Shown: positions 10,505 to 20,522 of the stretch, in pieces
Layout of the letters: every line of letters starts with the position of its first letter
Position numbering within the stretch: the first letter of the stretch is position 1
NCBI GenBank assembly: GCA_965218695.1
Contig: OZ244651.1
Location: 192,001-256,000, forward strand
Origin: Nitrosopumilus sp.
GTDB lineage: Archaea > Thermoproteota > Nitrososphaeria > Nitrososphaerales > Nitrosopumilaceae
DNA length: 64,000 bases
Direction: 5' to 3'
Program-made: the position numbers and the translations under genes
Notes under the pieces: model-generated
The model's input: only the letters and a program-made list of their open reading frames with translations
What the model was told of the DNA's origin: nothing
Database searches by the model: none

Positions 10505-11717
10505 GGGTGTGTCCTAGTAATAAAAAATGCCATTTCATGTACCAGAATGCCAAAGACATGATTGGTGCCAGAACCCGTCGACGCCAACAGTGCCGCACCG
10601 TCAATCTTTCACAACCCATAAAATCCCCCAAATCCAAGACACTGTGCGGAGGCTCCGCTAGGAGGCGCGTGGTGAAACGCGCCAGCTATGCTGCAAGTGT
10701 CGCGATTTGATCCTGTGTGAGCCTGCCGTCTTTTGCCTGCAATCTGGCCACGAGCTCGACGTTGTAGCACATGACACGGATCGCAGTCTCCCTTGTCCGG
10801 TTCTCGTGTTTTCGGCACCTGGTGCTGTCCCCGTACATCTTCTTGAGGGCTGCAAAGACTGCCTCGATGATGCTGCGCTGGTGGTATTCCGAGTCAAACC
10901 TGTCCTTGTCATCCATGTACAGGCTTACCATCTCGCGCCACGACTGACTTCCCCTGGCGTTGCGTATGGTGTTGGATTTTGGCTTGATGCGGGGTACCAT
11001 TCCCATCGCAGATATCATGTTGCACATTAGCCTTGCCAGGTATGCAGAATCCAGGCAAAAGTCGCCGGTGCCCCGGCCTAACCTGCCGAGCATCGCGTAC
11101 AGCCCGTTTATGTCTGCCACTGCGCTGTCAGTCACCATGCAGTCGATTATCACCCTGGTGCGTATGTCCACGATTGCGTGCAGTTTGACCCATCCCTTTC
11201 TGGTACGAAAACTGTCGGTCCTGACGTCAAACCACCTGACAAACCGCAGGTACGAGTATCCGGTACCGTCTGCTGCCAGGGAGCCTGCCTCCACCTCCCT
11301 GATGGCAATCCGGTGTGCCTCTGCCAGGTACCATTCCGGGATCAGGCCGTAGGCGCGTGCTATCGTGCTCTTGGAGGGAATTTTCTCTAGGCCCATCTTG
11401 GCTGCCATGGCGCTATTGTTTCGGAGGATGCCGACCATCTTACGGTAGGTCGTGCGCTGTGCCTCAAGCATGATGCAGACAGCTGCCATGGCGCCAGGCG
11501 GGTATGCCGTCATGCCGCCCAGGCCGGGCCTGACGGCGTACGGATCCCCAAGATTCTTGATTATTCCCAGCACGGTATTCAGCATGAGGCCCGACAGGTA
11601 CTGCTGAACCAAATCGTACTGTCGTTGGTCGCGTTTCTTTGTAGTCATTAGGCGATGCCGTGATCCGCCGATCCATATCTTTTGTCATCCGGGGGTATAT
11701 GCCTCTAGGACACACCC
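10505..11717 (-). mobile_element. 1213-bp IS5-like element, copy C
   Basis: Same TIRs; perfect TSD CGACTCTGC at 10496-10504 and 11718-11726. Confidence 0.93.
10686..11648 (-). CDS. IS5/IS4-type DDE transposase (320 aa)
   Basis: Paralogue of 2305-3267. Confidence 0.92.
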   Translation of the reverse strand: MTTKKRDQRQYDLVQQYLSGLMLNTVLGIIKNLGDPYAVRPGLGGMTAYPPGAMAAVCIMLEAQRTTYRKMVGILRNNSAMAAKMGLEKIPSKSTIARAYGLIPEWYLAEAHRIAIREVEAGSLAADGTGYSYLRFVRWFDVRTDSFRTRKGWVKLHAIVDIRTRVIIDCMVTDSAVADINGLYAMLGRLGRGTGDFCLDSAYLARLMCNMISAMGMVPRIKPKSNTIRNARGSQSWREMVSLYMDDKDRFDSEYHQRSIIEAVFAALKKMYGDSTRCRKHENRTRETAIRVMCYNVELVARLQAKDGRLTQDQIATLAA

Positions 11718-11732
11718 CGACTCTGCTAAATA

Positions 11733-11740
11733 GATATAAG
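11733..11740 (+). promoter_or_regulatory. Putative TATA box GATATAAG
   Basis: AT-rich box ~24 bp upstream of the ATG at 11764, spacing typical of a leaderless archaeal gene. Confidence 0.5.
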
Positions 11741-11763
11741 GGAATTGGAGATCCTAAAACAAA

Positions 11764-12207
11764 ATGGCAACAAAGACAGTTCTTATATTTATACTGCCTG
11801 TATTGTTCTCGATAGTGTTTGGATCCGCAGTCATGGCCGATATTCTTCAAAAGCCTGATCGTACCCTGAATATGTGGCCTGTGTCATCTGAAACCACATC
11901 TCATTACACCCTTGAGATCATCGGACTATCCGAGCAATACTCTGTATCCGAGTCAATAACAGCACAATTCGTAGTATCTGATATCTCTTATGACTGCGCC
12001 GATCTGTATGTTACAATTTATTCAGAAAACGTGCCTGTCAGCCAAAACGGATTCTTTAAACAATGTTTTGGAAATGAAGGTATCATTCCGGTAGACGATA
12101 CGTTCTCTGAGACTATTGACACACCGGGATCCTATGAATTGGTGGCACAGCTTGGCTCAGAAAACTTGGGATTCATTCTGACTAGCGCAATATTTACTGT
12201 TAAATAG
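11764..12207 (+). CDS. Hypothetical secreted or membrane-anchored protein
   Basis: N-terminal hydrophobic segment, beta-rich body, host-like composition. Confidence 0.75.
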   Translation: MATKTVLIFILPVLFSIVFGSAVMADILQKPDRTLNMWPVSSETTSHYTLEIIGLSEQYSVSESITAQFVVSDISYDCADLYVTIYSENVPVSQNGFFKQCFGNEGIIPVDDTFSETIDTPGSYELVAQLGSENLGFILTSAIFTVK

Positions 12208-12252
12208 GAATATCCTATGATAAATATGAGGCGATTCTGAAGGTGTGGTGTC

Positions 12253-13170
12253 ATGGAAGTAACAGGTGATTCTCAAACCATAGAAGAGATCCGGGCAGAG
12301 ATTGATGAACTAAAAAGGAAGGCGATGATTCTGGATTCGTCGTCCACAAGCACTGTTAAGGAATCCTATTCAAAGAAATCCGTACCAAGGCCCACAGCCA
12401 AGAAACCTGCCGCAAAGCCTGCAGCCAAGAAACCTGCCGCAAAGCCTGCAGCCAAGAAACCTGCCGCAAAGCCTGCAGCCAAGAAACCTGCCGCAAAGCC
12501 TGCAGCCAAGAAACCTGCCGCAAAGCCTGCAGCCAAGAAACCTGCCGCAAAGCCTGCAGCCAAGAAACCTGCCGCAAAGCCTGCAGCCAAGAAACCTGCC
12601 GCAAAGCCTGCAGCCAAGAAACCTGCCGCAAAGCCTGCAGCCAAGAAACCTGCCGCAAAGCCTGCAGCCAAGAAGCCTGCAGCCAAGTCCAAACCAAAAA
12701 AATCCACAGCCAAGAAACCCGAGCCCAAAGAATCTGAAAAAACACCAGAGGAGGAGATGGAGGCAAACCTCTCTGATGAGGAGATTGAAAATTTTCGGAT
12801 TGAAAAGGTCGACATGGATAAACTCACAAACAAGGTATGCGTCATTCTGGCAGAACACGAATCAAACGGAATGCTTCAAAACGAACTGTGGAAGAAGCTC
12901 AAACTCTCAAATCGTGATGGTTCGCGTCTGTCATTGAAGCTTGAGAGAATGGGAACCATTACCCGAGAGAAGCTTCTTCAGAAGAACCGCTGGACTTACA
13001 AACTAATCCTAAAAAAGACCCCAGTCAGTACCAAATCGATCGAGAATGCCCCCTGTCTAGTGTGTCCTGTTGAACAAAGATGTACCATAGACGGTGAAAT
13101 CAGCCCTAAAAATTGTCAGCTTATTGAGGACTGGGTAATCAATTCGATGAAGAAGCCGAAGTCCCGATGA
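12253..13170 (+). CDS. RPC34-like / TFE-beta transcription factor (wHTH + FeS-cluster Cys motif) with Lys/Ala/Pro repeat N-terminus
   Basis: C-terminal [23 protein letters not shown] matches the archaeal RPC34/TFE-beta Cys motif; winged-helix-like segment upstream. Confidence 0.78.
   Translation: MEVTGDSQTIEEIRAEIDELKRKAMILDSSSTSTVKESYSKKSVPRPTAKKPAAKPAAKKPAAKPAAKKPAAKPAAKKPAAKPAAKKPAAKPAAKKPAAKPAAKKPAAKPAAKKPAAKPAAKKPAAKPAAKKPAAKPAAKKPAAKSKPKKSTAKKPEPKESEKTPEEEMEANLSDEEIENFRIEKVDMDKLTNKVCVILAEHESNGMLQNELWKKLKLSNRDGSRLSLKLERMGTITREKLLQKNRWTYKLILKKTPVSTKSIENAPCLVCPVEQRCTIDGEISPKNCQLIEDWVINSMKKPKSR
12395..12687 (+). repeat. 27-bp coding tandem repeat, 10 perfect units plus a partial unit (AKKPAAKPA)
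   Basis: CAGCCAAGAAACCTGCCGCAAAGCCTG repeated at 12395-12664. Confidence 0.95.
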
Positions 13171-13757
13171 AGCTCATAGACGCCCGCAAGGATCCTTACA
13201 GAAAACTGGCCCATGAGCAGGGCTATAGGAGTCGGGCTGCATACAAGCTCAAGGAACTGAACCAGTCTTACCGCATAATCGGTCCGGGGTTCAACGTACT
13301 CGATCTCGGATGTGCTCCCGGAGGCTGGACCCAGATGGCTGTAAAACTGGCAGGAAACCAGGGCAAGGTAATGGGAATAGATCTGTCCTATGTGGAGGAG
13401 ATTTCAGGAGCTTACATCATCCGAGATGATATAGGAAACGAGGCTGTCATAGACGAGATCATGTCGTATTTTGAACGTAAGGTCAACGCCGTAATATGCG
13501 ATCTCTCTCCGCAGGTCAGTGGAAACTGGTCAGTTGATCATGCTAAGCAGATCTCACTCAACTATGACTGTGCCCGAATCATGGATCAGGTTCTAGCACG
13601 CAAGGGGAATGCCGTCTTCAAGTTGTTTGACGGGGAGTATTCCATGGAGTTTCGGGACTACATACGCAAGAAGTTTGCCCGGACAAACCTTACCAAACCC
13701 AAGGCAAGTAGAAAACAGAGCAGCGAGTTGTACTGCGTATGCCTGGGCTTTATGTGA
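13167..13757 (+). CDS. rlmE: 23S rRNA 2'-O-methyltransferase RlmE/FtsJ
   Basis: YRSRAAYKL, VLDLGCAPGGW and KPKASRKQSSE. Confidence 0.93.
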   Translation: MKLIDARKDPYRKLAHEQGYRSRAAYKLKELNQSYRIIGPGFNVLDLGCAPGGWTQMAVKLAGNQGKVMGIDLSYVEEISGAYIIRDDIGNEAVIDEIMSYFERKVNAVICDLSPQVSGNWSVDHAKQISLNYDCARIMDQVLARKGNAVFKLFDGEYSMEFRDYIRKKFARTNLTKPKASRKQSSELYCVCLGFM

Positions 13758-14910
13758 TCGACGAAAAGATCTCCCCAACCTCGTCAATTCTGGCATCGGT
13801 TCTGAATCCTGTAGGGTCAAGCGATGTGGGGCTGGCAAGAAAACCCCTTCTCTGCAGGTAACGTATTGCGTCCTCCAGACTGGGTGGCGAGATCCCCCTA
13901 CTTGAGGCTACCTCGTCAAGTGTAAAATACGTTCCAGGCATCTCTGATTCCATCACGCATCTGTCGATGATCCTACGACAGGCCTTGTTTACATTCAAAC
14001 CTGCAACCTCTAATGACATTGCCTGCACAAACTCTCTCTCAAAGATCTGCCCTGTCCACAGGGACCCTGCCGTACTCACATCCTGTCTGCATATCTGGCA
14101 TTTGGAATCCATTACAGACGAGACTCTTCTGTGTTTGCAGTTATTACAGTGCAGAATGTAACCTATGTTCTCCTGCGGATCCGGCCTTCTTTGGACCCTG
14201 ACATACGTTCTGTAGTAGTGCATGTTGCTCTCTACAAACACCGGCGTTATCGTGACTCCCAGCCTTGCAGCAACCGTCCCCAGGCATCCCAGAATCAGCC
14301 TTATTGCAATCTCATTTCTATACACGGCCCTGACAGGAATTCCCCCGTATCTTCTCTTACACGCATCATTAAAGAGTCCGTTGAGCACTTGAAGATCCGT
14401 TGCCGTTGCAGAGAGAATTCCCTTGTGCATGGTTGCGCGAATCCCACAGTCAAAGAACTGGGCAGGCGAGCCAAACGGATCAATGTCGACAATTGCCCCC
14501 CTGCTTCCGCTTCTTGAACAACTACTCAGAAACCTGCATGCCTCATCCCCGGAAAACTCTACGTTTTCCATACCGTTGAGTTTTGCAGAATGGCGAGCCA
14601 TCTCCAGTGCAGACGGGTTTAGATCATTGATGATGACGCTCTGTACATCAAGCTCGTTTCCAACCCTTAGTCCTCTGGCCCCCACCCCGGAAAGCGCCTC
14701 CAGAAACACCCTTGCACCGTCAAAGCCTCTTAGAAATGCAGCATATGCGGCCATCGACAAGTCCCGGGTAAGAGACGCCCTGGGATTGAAAAACGCCGGC
14801 CTTCTTGGCGGAATACTCTCTGTCATTGACTTGCTTGGAACCAGCAACCTTGTCCTGCCCTCGACAATCTCCACAAGTGATCCGTCCAAAACTTCCAATT
14901 GACTCTCCAC
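13750..14910 (-). CDS. trm1: tRNA (G26-N2)-dimethyltransferase Trm1
   Basis: FFNP...RDLS, EALSGVGARGLR, DIDPFGSP and TATD motifs. Confidence 0.92.
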   Translation of the reverse strand: MESQLEVLDGSLVEIVEGRTRLLVPSKSMTESIPPRRPAFFNPRASLTRDLSMAAYAAFLRGFDGARVFLEALSGVGARGLRVGNELDVQSVIINDLNPSALEMARHSAKLNGMENVEFSGDEACRFLSSCSRSGSRGAIVDIDPFGSPAQFFDCGIRATMHKGILSATATDLQVLNGLFNDACKRRYGGIPVRAVYRNEIAIRLILGCLGTVAARLGVTITPVFVESNMHYYRTYVRVQRRPDPQENIGYILHCNNCKHRRVSSVMDSKCQICRQDVSTAGSLWTGQIFEREFVQAMSLEVAGLNVNKACRRIIDRCVMESEMPGTYFTLDEVASSRGISPPSLEDAIRYLQRRGFLASPTSLDPTGFRTDARIDEVGEIFSSIT

Positions 14911-14956
14911 TGTCGGAGACTACAACGGTTTAATACCTGTATCTTGGGACAAAATC

Positions 14957-15574
14957 GTGCAAATATCGGGGGTCGACGAGGCCGGGCGCGGTTCCATGCT
15001 GGGCCCGTTGGTAGTTGCAGGGATTAGGATAGAACGAAACCGGATACGCCAGTTGTCTGCACTGGGCATCAAGGACTCCAAGAAACTCTCTCCAAAATCC
15101 CGCCAGAACCTCTATCATAAGATAACCGGGATGGCAGACGACTACTGCATAGTAAGGGTACCCCCCAGATCCATTGATGCAAGCGTCAGAATGCACCACC
15201 TCAACATGTTGGAGGCCAGATACATGGCAAGGGTCGTCTCAAGACTAGCCCCTGACGTATCGTACGTTGATTCATGCGATGTCAACGCCGGCAGGTTTGG
15301 AAGGGAGGTCTCCCGTCTCTCCGGGCACAAGGTTCGTTCATACCATCATGCAGACAGCAAGTTTGTAGTGGTGTCTGCTGCCTCCATTCTTGCAAAGGTT
15401 GCCCGGGACGAGGCAGTTGCCAAACTGCGCCGGGTTCATGATCTGGGAAGCGGATACCCGTCGGATCGTACCACGGTAAAATTTGTAACCCGATACTATG
15501 AGGCACATCACGCCATGCCAAGCTTTGTGCGCAAGAGCTGGAAGCCGATCCGGCGAATCATGAATCAGTTATGA
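14957..15574 (+). CDS. rnhB: Ribonuclease HII
   Basis: GVDEAGRG, DSKKLS, SAASILAKVARD and GSGYPSD. Confidence 0.95.
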   Translation: MQISGVDEAGRGSMLGPLVVAGIRIERNRIRQLSALGIKDSKKLSPKSRQNLYHKITGMADDYCIVRVPPRSIDASVRMHHLNMLEARYMARVVSRLAPDVSYVDSCDVNAGRFGREVSRLSGHKVRSYHHADSKFVVVSAASILAKVARDEAVAKLRRVHDLGSGYPSDRTTVKFVTRYYEAHHAMPSFVRKSWKPIRRIMNQL

Positions 15575-16239
15575 TACCTTGCAATAACAATTGCATGATC
15601 CTTGTCATACGGGTGCAGGTCGATGGTCTGCATTATGTCAAATCTTCCTCTCAGCTTTTCTGACTCCTCCCTGACAATCCTCTGCGGTTCCTTTGTCACA
15701 TCTATGCTTCTTGTCTTGATTACCAGTAGCAGGTATCCCCCGTCCTTGAGAAACGCCTCGCAGTTCAATATTGCAATCCTTGTCTGATCCGGCTGCGCAA
15801 TGTCAGTATACACGACATCCACCCTGCCAAACACTGCAAAGTATTCCTTTGGGTTTCTTGCATCCTGAAGTACGGGAATTATGTTTGATCTGTGCGAGGC
15901 CACCCTGTCCAGAAAGTCCCTTGCAACCCTGCTTGCATGTTCCACACCAAAGACTATTCCGCCGGAGCCTACTATATCTGAGATATGGCTGACAGTGGTT
16001 CCAGTCGAGGCTCCAAGGTAGAGAACCTTGGTCCTGTTTTCAAATGGAAACTCTCCAAGACCGTTCATTATTGCAGCTGCCAGCTTGCTTCTGAACGGAT
16101 CCCACAACCTGTACTCTGTTCCCTTTTTGACTAGTAGTTTCTCCTTGTACACCTGGCATCCGGGCACCATGTTCTCCGTTGCCAGTCTTTTCTCCCCATC
16201 TGATCTTATCCAATGGAATGGTGGGTTATCTCCGTCCAA
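15565..16239 (-). CDS. flpA: Fibrillarin-like rRNA/tRNA 2'-O-methyltransferase (start reassigned to TTG 16239)
   Basis: YRLWDPFRSKLAAA, VLYLGASTGTTVSH and DIAQPDQ; directly follows nop5. Confidence 0.93.
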   Translation of the reverse strand: MDGDNPPFHWIRSDGEKRLATENMVPGCQVYKEKLLVKKGTEYRLWDPFRSKLAAAIMNGLGEFPFENRTKVLYLGASTGTTVSHISDIVGSGGIVFGVEHASRVARDFLDRVASHRSNIIPVLQDARNPKEYFAVFGRVDVVYTDIAQPDQTRIAILNCEAFLKDGGYLLLVIKTRSIDVTKEPQRIVREESEKLRGRFDIMQTIDLHPYDKDHAIVIARYHN

Positions 16240-17527
16240 ACTTTTCTCTCTTCTTGCCACTCGCATCGGGTTTTTTCCCGCCTTTTTTGTACCTGTCCCC
16301 TCTTCTGGAACTCTCCCCTCTTCTGGAATTGTTCCTTCCTCTGGAGCCGTCTCTTGGCCCGTCATGCCTGAACGGCTGGGTTCTTGGATCCCTCTCGACC
16401 GGGTTCTCATACTTTTTACCTATCTCATCCACCCTGATGTTGAGTTTTTCAAGCAGGGTGTTGTTTATCCCCTCTCCGTATACGTCCACCCTTGCTGCAA
16501 TTACCGCCTTTGCTGCAATTGCCCGCGCAATCTTTCCCCTCTGCCATCTCGGAGCGGAATGAACCATCGCATGCTGGAAGAGCAGTCCGTGCTTTGGGGG
16601 CTGGGATCCTGTCTTAAGTGATCTGAACAGGGCCCTTTCTGCTCCTATTACCTGTATGGTGCTGGCCGGCAGTGATGCCAACCTCTTGACGCTTCCGGCC
16701 CGTGCAAGAATTCTTGCACCAACTGCAGTCCCAAGTATGATCGAAAGGTTTGGTGCGACCTCCTCCATGCCGATTCTGATGTGTTCTTCAAGACTCCTTC
16801 GCATCTCGTACAGGCTTAGCAACTGTTTTGCCATGGACTGTACTATTGCCAGATTCCCATCAGAGATGTCCCCGCCCCTGCTCCTTGATGCCACCAGCAG
16901 AAGCATCTCTACCTTGGATTCTGGAAATCCTGCATTCTCAAAGGACTGCCTCGTAAGGGAGCTGCGCCTTCCTGCAGAGACGATCTGCGCGTAGCCGTTG
17001 ATGCTGTCAATGACGTTGTCCAGCTCTGGAAAATGCAGTCCGTACCACTCCCTCAGTCTGGAGCTTAACGCGTTTGCTATCTTGTCAATCTCATCAAGCG
17101 AGTTTATTGCCTGTATGATGTGCAGGTCCGGACTCTCAGAGGCCTCGGTAACTCTGGATGAGGAGAGTCCGAGTGCAAACTCCCTCAGTTTTCCCAGTGC
17201 GTCATGCGGATTGGATGCAAAACCCGAATCCACTATCACCTGGGGCTTGGATGCCTGGACTGCCTCAATCTCAGAATCCTCCATGATTCTGGCATCAATG
17301 GAGTTCCTCTTCAGAATGCTGAGAAGCGACTGGTCGCTCACTGTCACCCCCCTCTGAATGGATGTAAGGTAATCGCTCAGCTGGCTAAGCTCTGCCTTCT
17401 TGTTCTTTACTGCAAGATAGTCCCTGACCGATTCTCTGAACGCAAACGATTTCTGCAATGCCTCATCGTCAAACACCGCGATTCCAAGTTCTGTCAGGAT
17501 TACAGAATACATGACTGATACACCCAC
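16226..17527 (-). CDS. nop5: Nop5/Nop56 box C/D RNP protein
   Basis: REWYGLHFPEL, PASTIQVIGAERALF and PPKHGLLF. Confidence 0.93.
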   Translation of the reverse strand: MGVSVMYSVILTELGIAVFDDEALQKSFAFRESVRDYLAVKNKKAELSQLSDYLTSIQRGVTVSDQSLLSILKRNSIDARIMEDSEIEAVQASKPQVIVDSGFASNPHDALGKLREFALGLSSSRVTEASESPDLHIIQAINSLDEIDKIANALSSRLREWYGLHFPELDNVIDSINGYAQIVSAGRRSSLTRQSFENAGFPESKVEMLLLVASRSRGGDISDGNLAIVQSMAKQLLSLYEMRRSLEEHIRIGMEEVAPNLSIILGTAVGARILARAGSVKRLASLPASTIQVIGAERALFRSLKTGSQPPKHGLLFQHAMVHSAPRWQRGKIARAIAAKAVIAARVDVYGEGINNTLLEKLNIRVDEIGKKYENPVERDPRTQPFRHDGPRDGSRGRNNSRRGESSRRGDRYKKGGKKPDASGKKREKFGRR

Positions 17528-17648
17528 GAGGCCTTTAAAAAAGATACCAGAACCGTCTCAGGACAGATAGGTGTAGATGGGATGGCCGTGTCCATGTATG
17601 ATTGCACTGCCGCAGAGGATATGATGCCTGCAGACAGTTTTCTGGCGG

Positions 17649-17831
17649 CTAGCGCTTCCTTCTTCTCTGCCCGGGTTTGTTCTGTCCTGGAAACCTGCCA
17701 AGCACAAACCGCTTCTTGAAGTTGCTTTTGTTTCGAAGGCTGGAGTTGGTTCCGACGATCTTTCTTCCCTCCACCTTTGGAGTCTGTCCCCGTACCTTTC
17801 CTGCCTTGGTCAGCGAACCGTGGGTTGCCAT
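17649..17831 (-). CDS. rps30e: 30S ribosomal protein S30e
   Basis: HGSLTKAGKVRGQTPKV. Confidence 0.95.
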   Translation of the reverse strand: MATHGSLTKAGKVRGQTPKVEGRKIVGTNSSLRNKSNFKKRFVLGRFPGQNKPGQRRRKR

Positions 17832-17940
17832 ATCTTAGATGAGACTGCAAGTGAATTTATGTATTTGGAATGACTGACCTGTCACTTGTTTCATATCCAC
17901 TGACGCCTGCCATGAACTGCCGGGCAGAATGGTACTATTA

Positions 17941-19683
17941 CTACCAGTATTTGGTCTTTACAGTCTCGATTACCTGCTCGTGTTCCTTGCTCTTCTTTCG
18001 GGCGTATCTTTCCATGGCTCCTAGTGGAACGCCGCCGAGGGATCTTGCAATGGCATTAAAGAAATATCTCTGGGGACCCTTGGCACCCGTCTTGGTCATG
18101 AACTTCTGGATGCCATACTTGAAGTTGTGCTGCCATGTCTTGTAAAGGACACCAAGCTGTGCAGGCGTCATCTCGTTTCCAATGTTGAAAAAGTCGGACT
18201 TTTCAAGCAGTCCTATGGGAACAAATGTCAGCGCTGTGGCCGTAAACATCGATTCAGGCTGCTCGCGTTCCAGATCATTAATCAAACGTATGGTCTCCCA
18301 CGAGTCCTCCGGAGTCTCGTCGTTATCAAGTCCCATGATGAGGGTAAATGCCGGAATCCAGTAGTCCTGATTCAGGGTCTTGACGCCCTCCTTGACAACC
18401 CAGTGCCACTCGTCTGGGCTGTATGGTGCAAGCTTTCTATCGGCATACTTGCCTATCAGCCTCAGACTTCCTGTCTCAAATCCTGCCTGGACGCCGATCA
18501 TGTTGTCAGGCCCTGCCTTCATGATCTTTGAGAGGTTTGGAATCAGTTTTTCATCGGCAATGGCTCCTGCAAGCGTGCCGTGGGTCGGATTTGTATGTTT
18601 GACGCCTGTGGACATGATTGCCGTGAACAGCTCCTCTAGCGCCTCCCTGTTTGGCTCCATGCCCTTGGCGGTTCTAGGATTCATTCCATAGACAAAGATG
18701 TCGTCGCTGTGTATCCATGCAGACGTGGCACCGCCCTTCTTCATGTTGATCTCAATCTCTTTTTTGACCTTCTCTGGCGGATAGTATCTGAGCGACCTCA
18801 ATGTGACATCGCAAAACTTGCATCCCCTTCCGCAACCCCTCATCACCTCGACCATTCCGTGCATGCTGGGCTCCACTATGTTGGGAATCTCATCAAGATC
18901 CGGCCTGTCCCAAAAGTTCACGAACCTGGCATGTATCTTCTTGCCATCTCTTTCAAACTCCTTTATGTTGACCTTGAAATCGCTCCTCTTCCTGAACGGA
19001 TCCATGTTTTCAAAGTCGCCGTTAATCAGATAGTTGAAGAATCTTCCTGCGTGGCCGTCGATCTCGGGGGCTATCCCTCCAAGTTCCCCTTCCAAAATGG
19101 CATATATTCCAAATTCCTCGATCTTTGCCGGATCATAGTTGTACTGCCATGTTCCGGATGCGCCGGAGATTACCTTGGCCTTGCTTCCTGTCTTGGCCTT
19201 GGCAACCTTGATTCTATGATGAAGCTCCGTATTGTAGTATTCGTCATATGAGATCTGTTTTCTGCCGTACGTAAACGTCATGGTTACCGGACCCATTCCG
19301 AGCGGATCCATCTCGTATGTTCCTACAGCCTCTGTACTGGGCCCGATGAACTTCTCTATGTGATCCGGATGCGCCACCACCACCTCGCTTCTGTCAAATC
19401 CGTCTCGCAGCAGTCCTGCCTCAAGCTTTCTTAGTCCGTATGGTGCATAGTTTGCAACGCCGTTGGTATGGGGAGCGTAGTTGCAGATAAAATCAAACAG
19501 AACCTTGGGGGTTACCTGTTTTCCAAGAATCTTGTACAGCAGGCTGCTCTTGTCCCTGTGCGGATCGAGTGCAGGCGCACATCCAAAGAACGTGGCAAGA
19601 GACAGTCCCCTGTATGGAGACATCAAAGTACGATCTGCTGTCAGGACTATTTTTGGTGTTTTCATCCCCAACAGAATAATCAA
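17941..19683 (-). CDS. B12-binding-domain-like / radical SAM protein
   Basis: RGCGRGCKFC (CxxxCxxC) motif; N-terminal APYGLRKLEA...DPLG domain. Confidence 0.85.
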   Translation of the reverse strand: MIILLGMKTPKIVLTADRTLMSPYRGLSLATFFGCAPALDPHRDKSSLLYKILGKQVTPKVLFDFICNYAPHTNGVANYAPYGLRKLEAGLLRDGFDRSEVVVAHPDHIEKFIGPSTEAVGTYEMDPLGMGPVTMTFTYGRKQISYDEYYNTELHHRIKVAKAKTGSKAKVISGASGTWQYNYDPAKIEEFGIYAILEGELGGIAPEIDGHAGRFFNYLINGDFENMDPFRKRSDFKVNIKEFERDGKKIHARFVNFWDRPDLDEIPNIVEPSMHGMVEVMRGCGRGCKFCDVTLRSLRYYPPEKVKKEIEINMKKGGATSAWIHSDDIFVYGMNPRTAKGMEPNREALEELFTAIMSTGVKHTNPTHGTLAGAIADEKLIPNLSKIMKAGPDNMIGVQAGFETGSLRLIGKYADRKLAPYSPDEWHWVVKEGVKTLNQDYWIPAFTLIMGLDNDETPEDSWETIRLINDLEREQPESMFTATALTFVPIGLLEKSDFFNIGNEMTPAQLGVLYKTWQHNFKYGIQKFMTKTGAKGPQRYFFNAIARSLGGVPLGAMERYARKKSKEHEQVIETVKTKYW

Positions 19684-19703
19684 ATGATTTATTTTAAATC
19701 TTG

Positions 19704-20522
19704 CTACCGCTGATATGCCTCTAAAATTCCGGCCTTATTCCTGTAAAAATGCCCAAATTCCCTGTTTTGTAGAAGATGTTCTCCGTCAAAGACTGTTCCG
19801 TCCCTGCAGACAAGATCTTCTCCCGTACAGCAACTGCCGCAGATTCCCACCCCGCACTTCATCATCCGCTCAAGACTGGCCTGTACAAAGATTCCGCGTG
19901 AGTGCGCAGCCTGCACGGTCTTGTGCATCATAATCTCAGGTCCGCAGACGTACACGCCGTCATATGGCATCTTGCCGACTAGGCTCTTGACAAATTCGGT
20001 AACGAGTCCTCTCTCCCCATAACTCCCGTCGTCAGTAGATACCATTATCCTGTGCCGTTTGCCTGTCAGGAGCCTGCCTGCAAGATCTTCAAAGAATACC
20101 TCCTCTCTTGACCTTGCCCCGATTAGGACCGTGACATCGTCTTCTGGACTGACAGTGGTAAGCAGTCTCATTATGGGAACCAGGCCGGTACCGCCTCCCA
20201 CCATCAAGAGCCTGCCTGTCTTGAGGCAAAACGAGTTTCCATAGGGCCCGCGTACTCCGATCTTCCCCCCTACCCCTACCTGAAACAGTCCTGACGATGC
20301 AGGTCCGTGACGTCTTACGGTAAATGCAGCCTTTCCTGCCTCTTCTGATACCATCACACTCATGGGCAGCTCGTTTATGCCCGGAACCCAGACCATTGCA
20401 AACTGTCCGGGAAGGGCACTTGACATTATCTCATCTGAGAATACCAGGGTTCTGACAGTCGGGGTCTCATCAATCACCCTTTCGACTGTGACGATTGCAG
20501 GATGGTTACGATCCCTGTGCAA
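19704..20522 (-). CDS. pyrK: Dihydroorotate dehydrogenase electron transfer subunit
   Basis: PGQF, RGPYGN, GGGTG, CGPE and ERMMKCGVGICGSC. Confidence 0.93.
   Translation of the reverse strand: MHRDRNHPAIVTVERVIDETPTVRTLVFSDEIMSSALPGQFAMVWVPGINELPMSVMVSEEAGKAAFTVRRHGPASSGLFQVGVGGKIGVRGPYGNSFCLKTGRLLMVGGGTGLVPIMRLLTTVSPEDDVTVLIGARSREEVFFEDLAGRLLTGKRHRIMVSTDDGSYGERGLVTEFVKSLVGKMPYDGVYVCGPEIMMHKTVQAAHSRGIFVQASLERMMKCGVGICGSCCTGEDLVCRDGTVFDGEHLLQNREFGHFYRNKAGILEAYQR

Noticed and set aside
4775-10587. Long antisense or alternative-frame ORFs over GC-rich transposases
   Set aside because: Shadow ORFs without recognisable motifs.
12395-12687. Regular repeat as a CRISPR array
   Set aside because: No spacers; it is an in-frame coding tandem repeat, and no cas genes are in the window.
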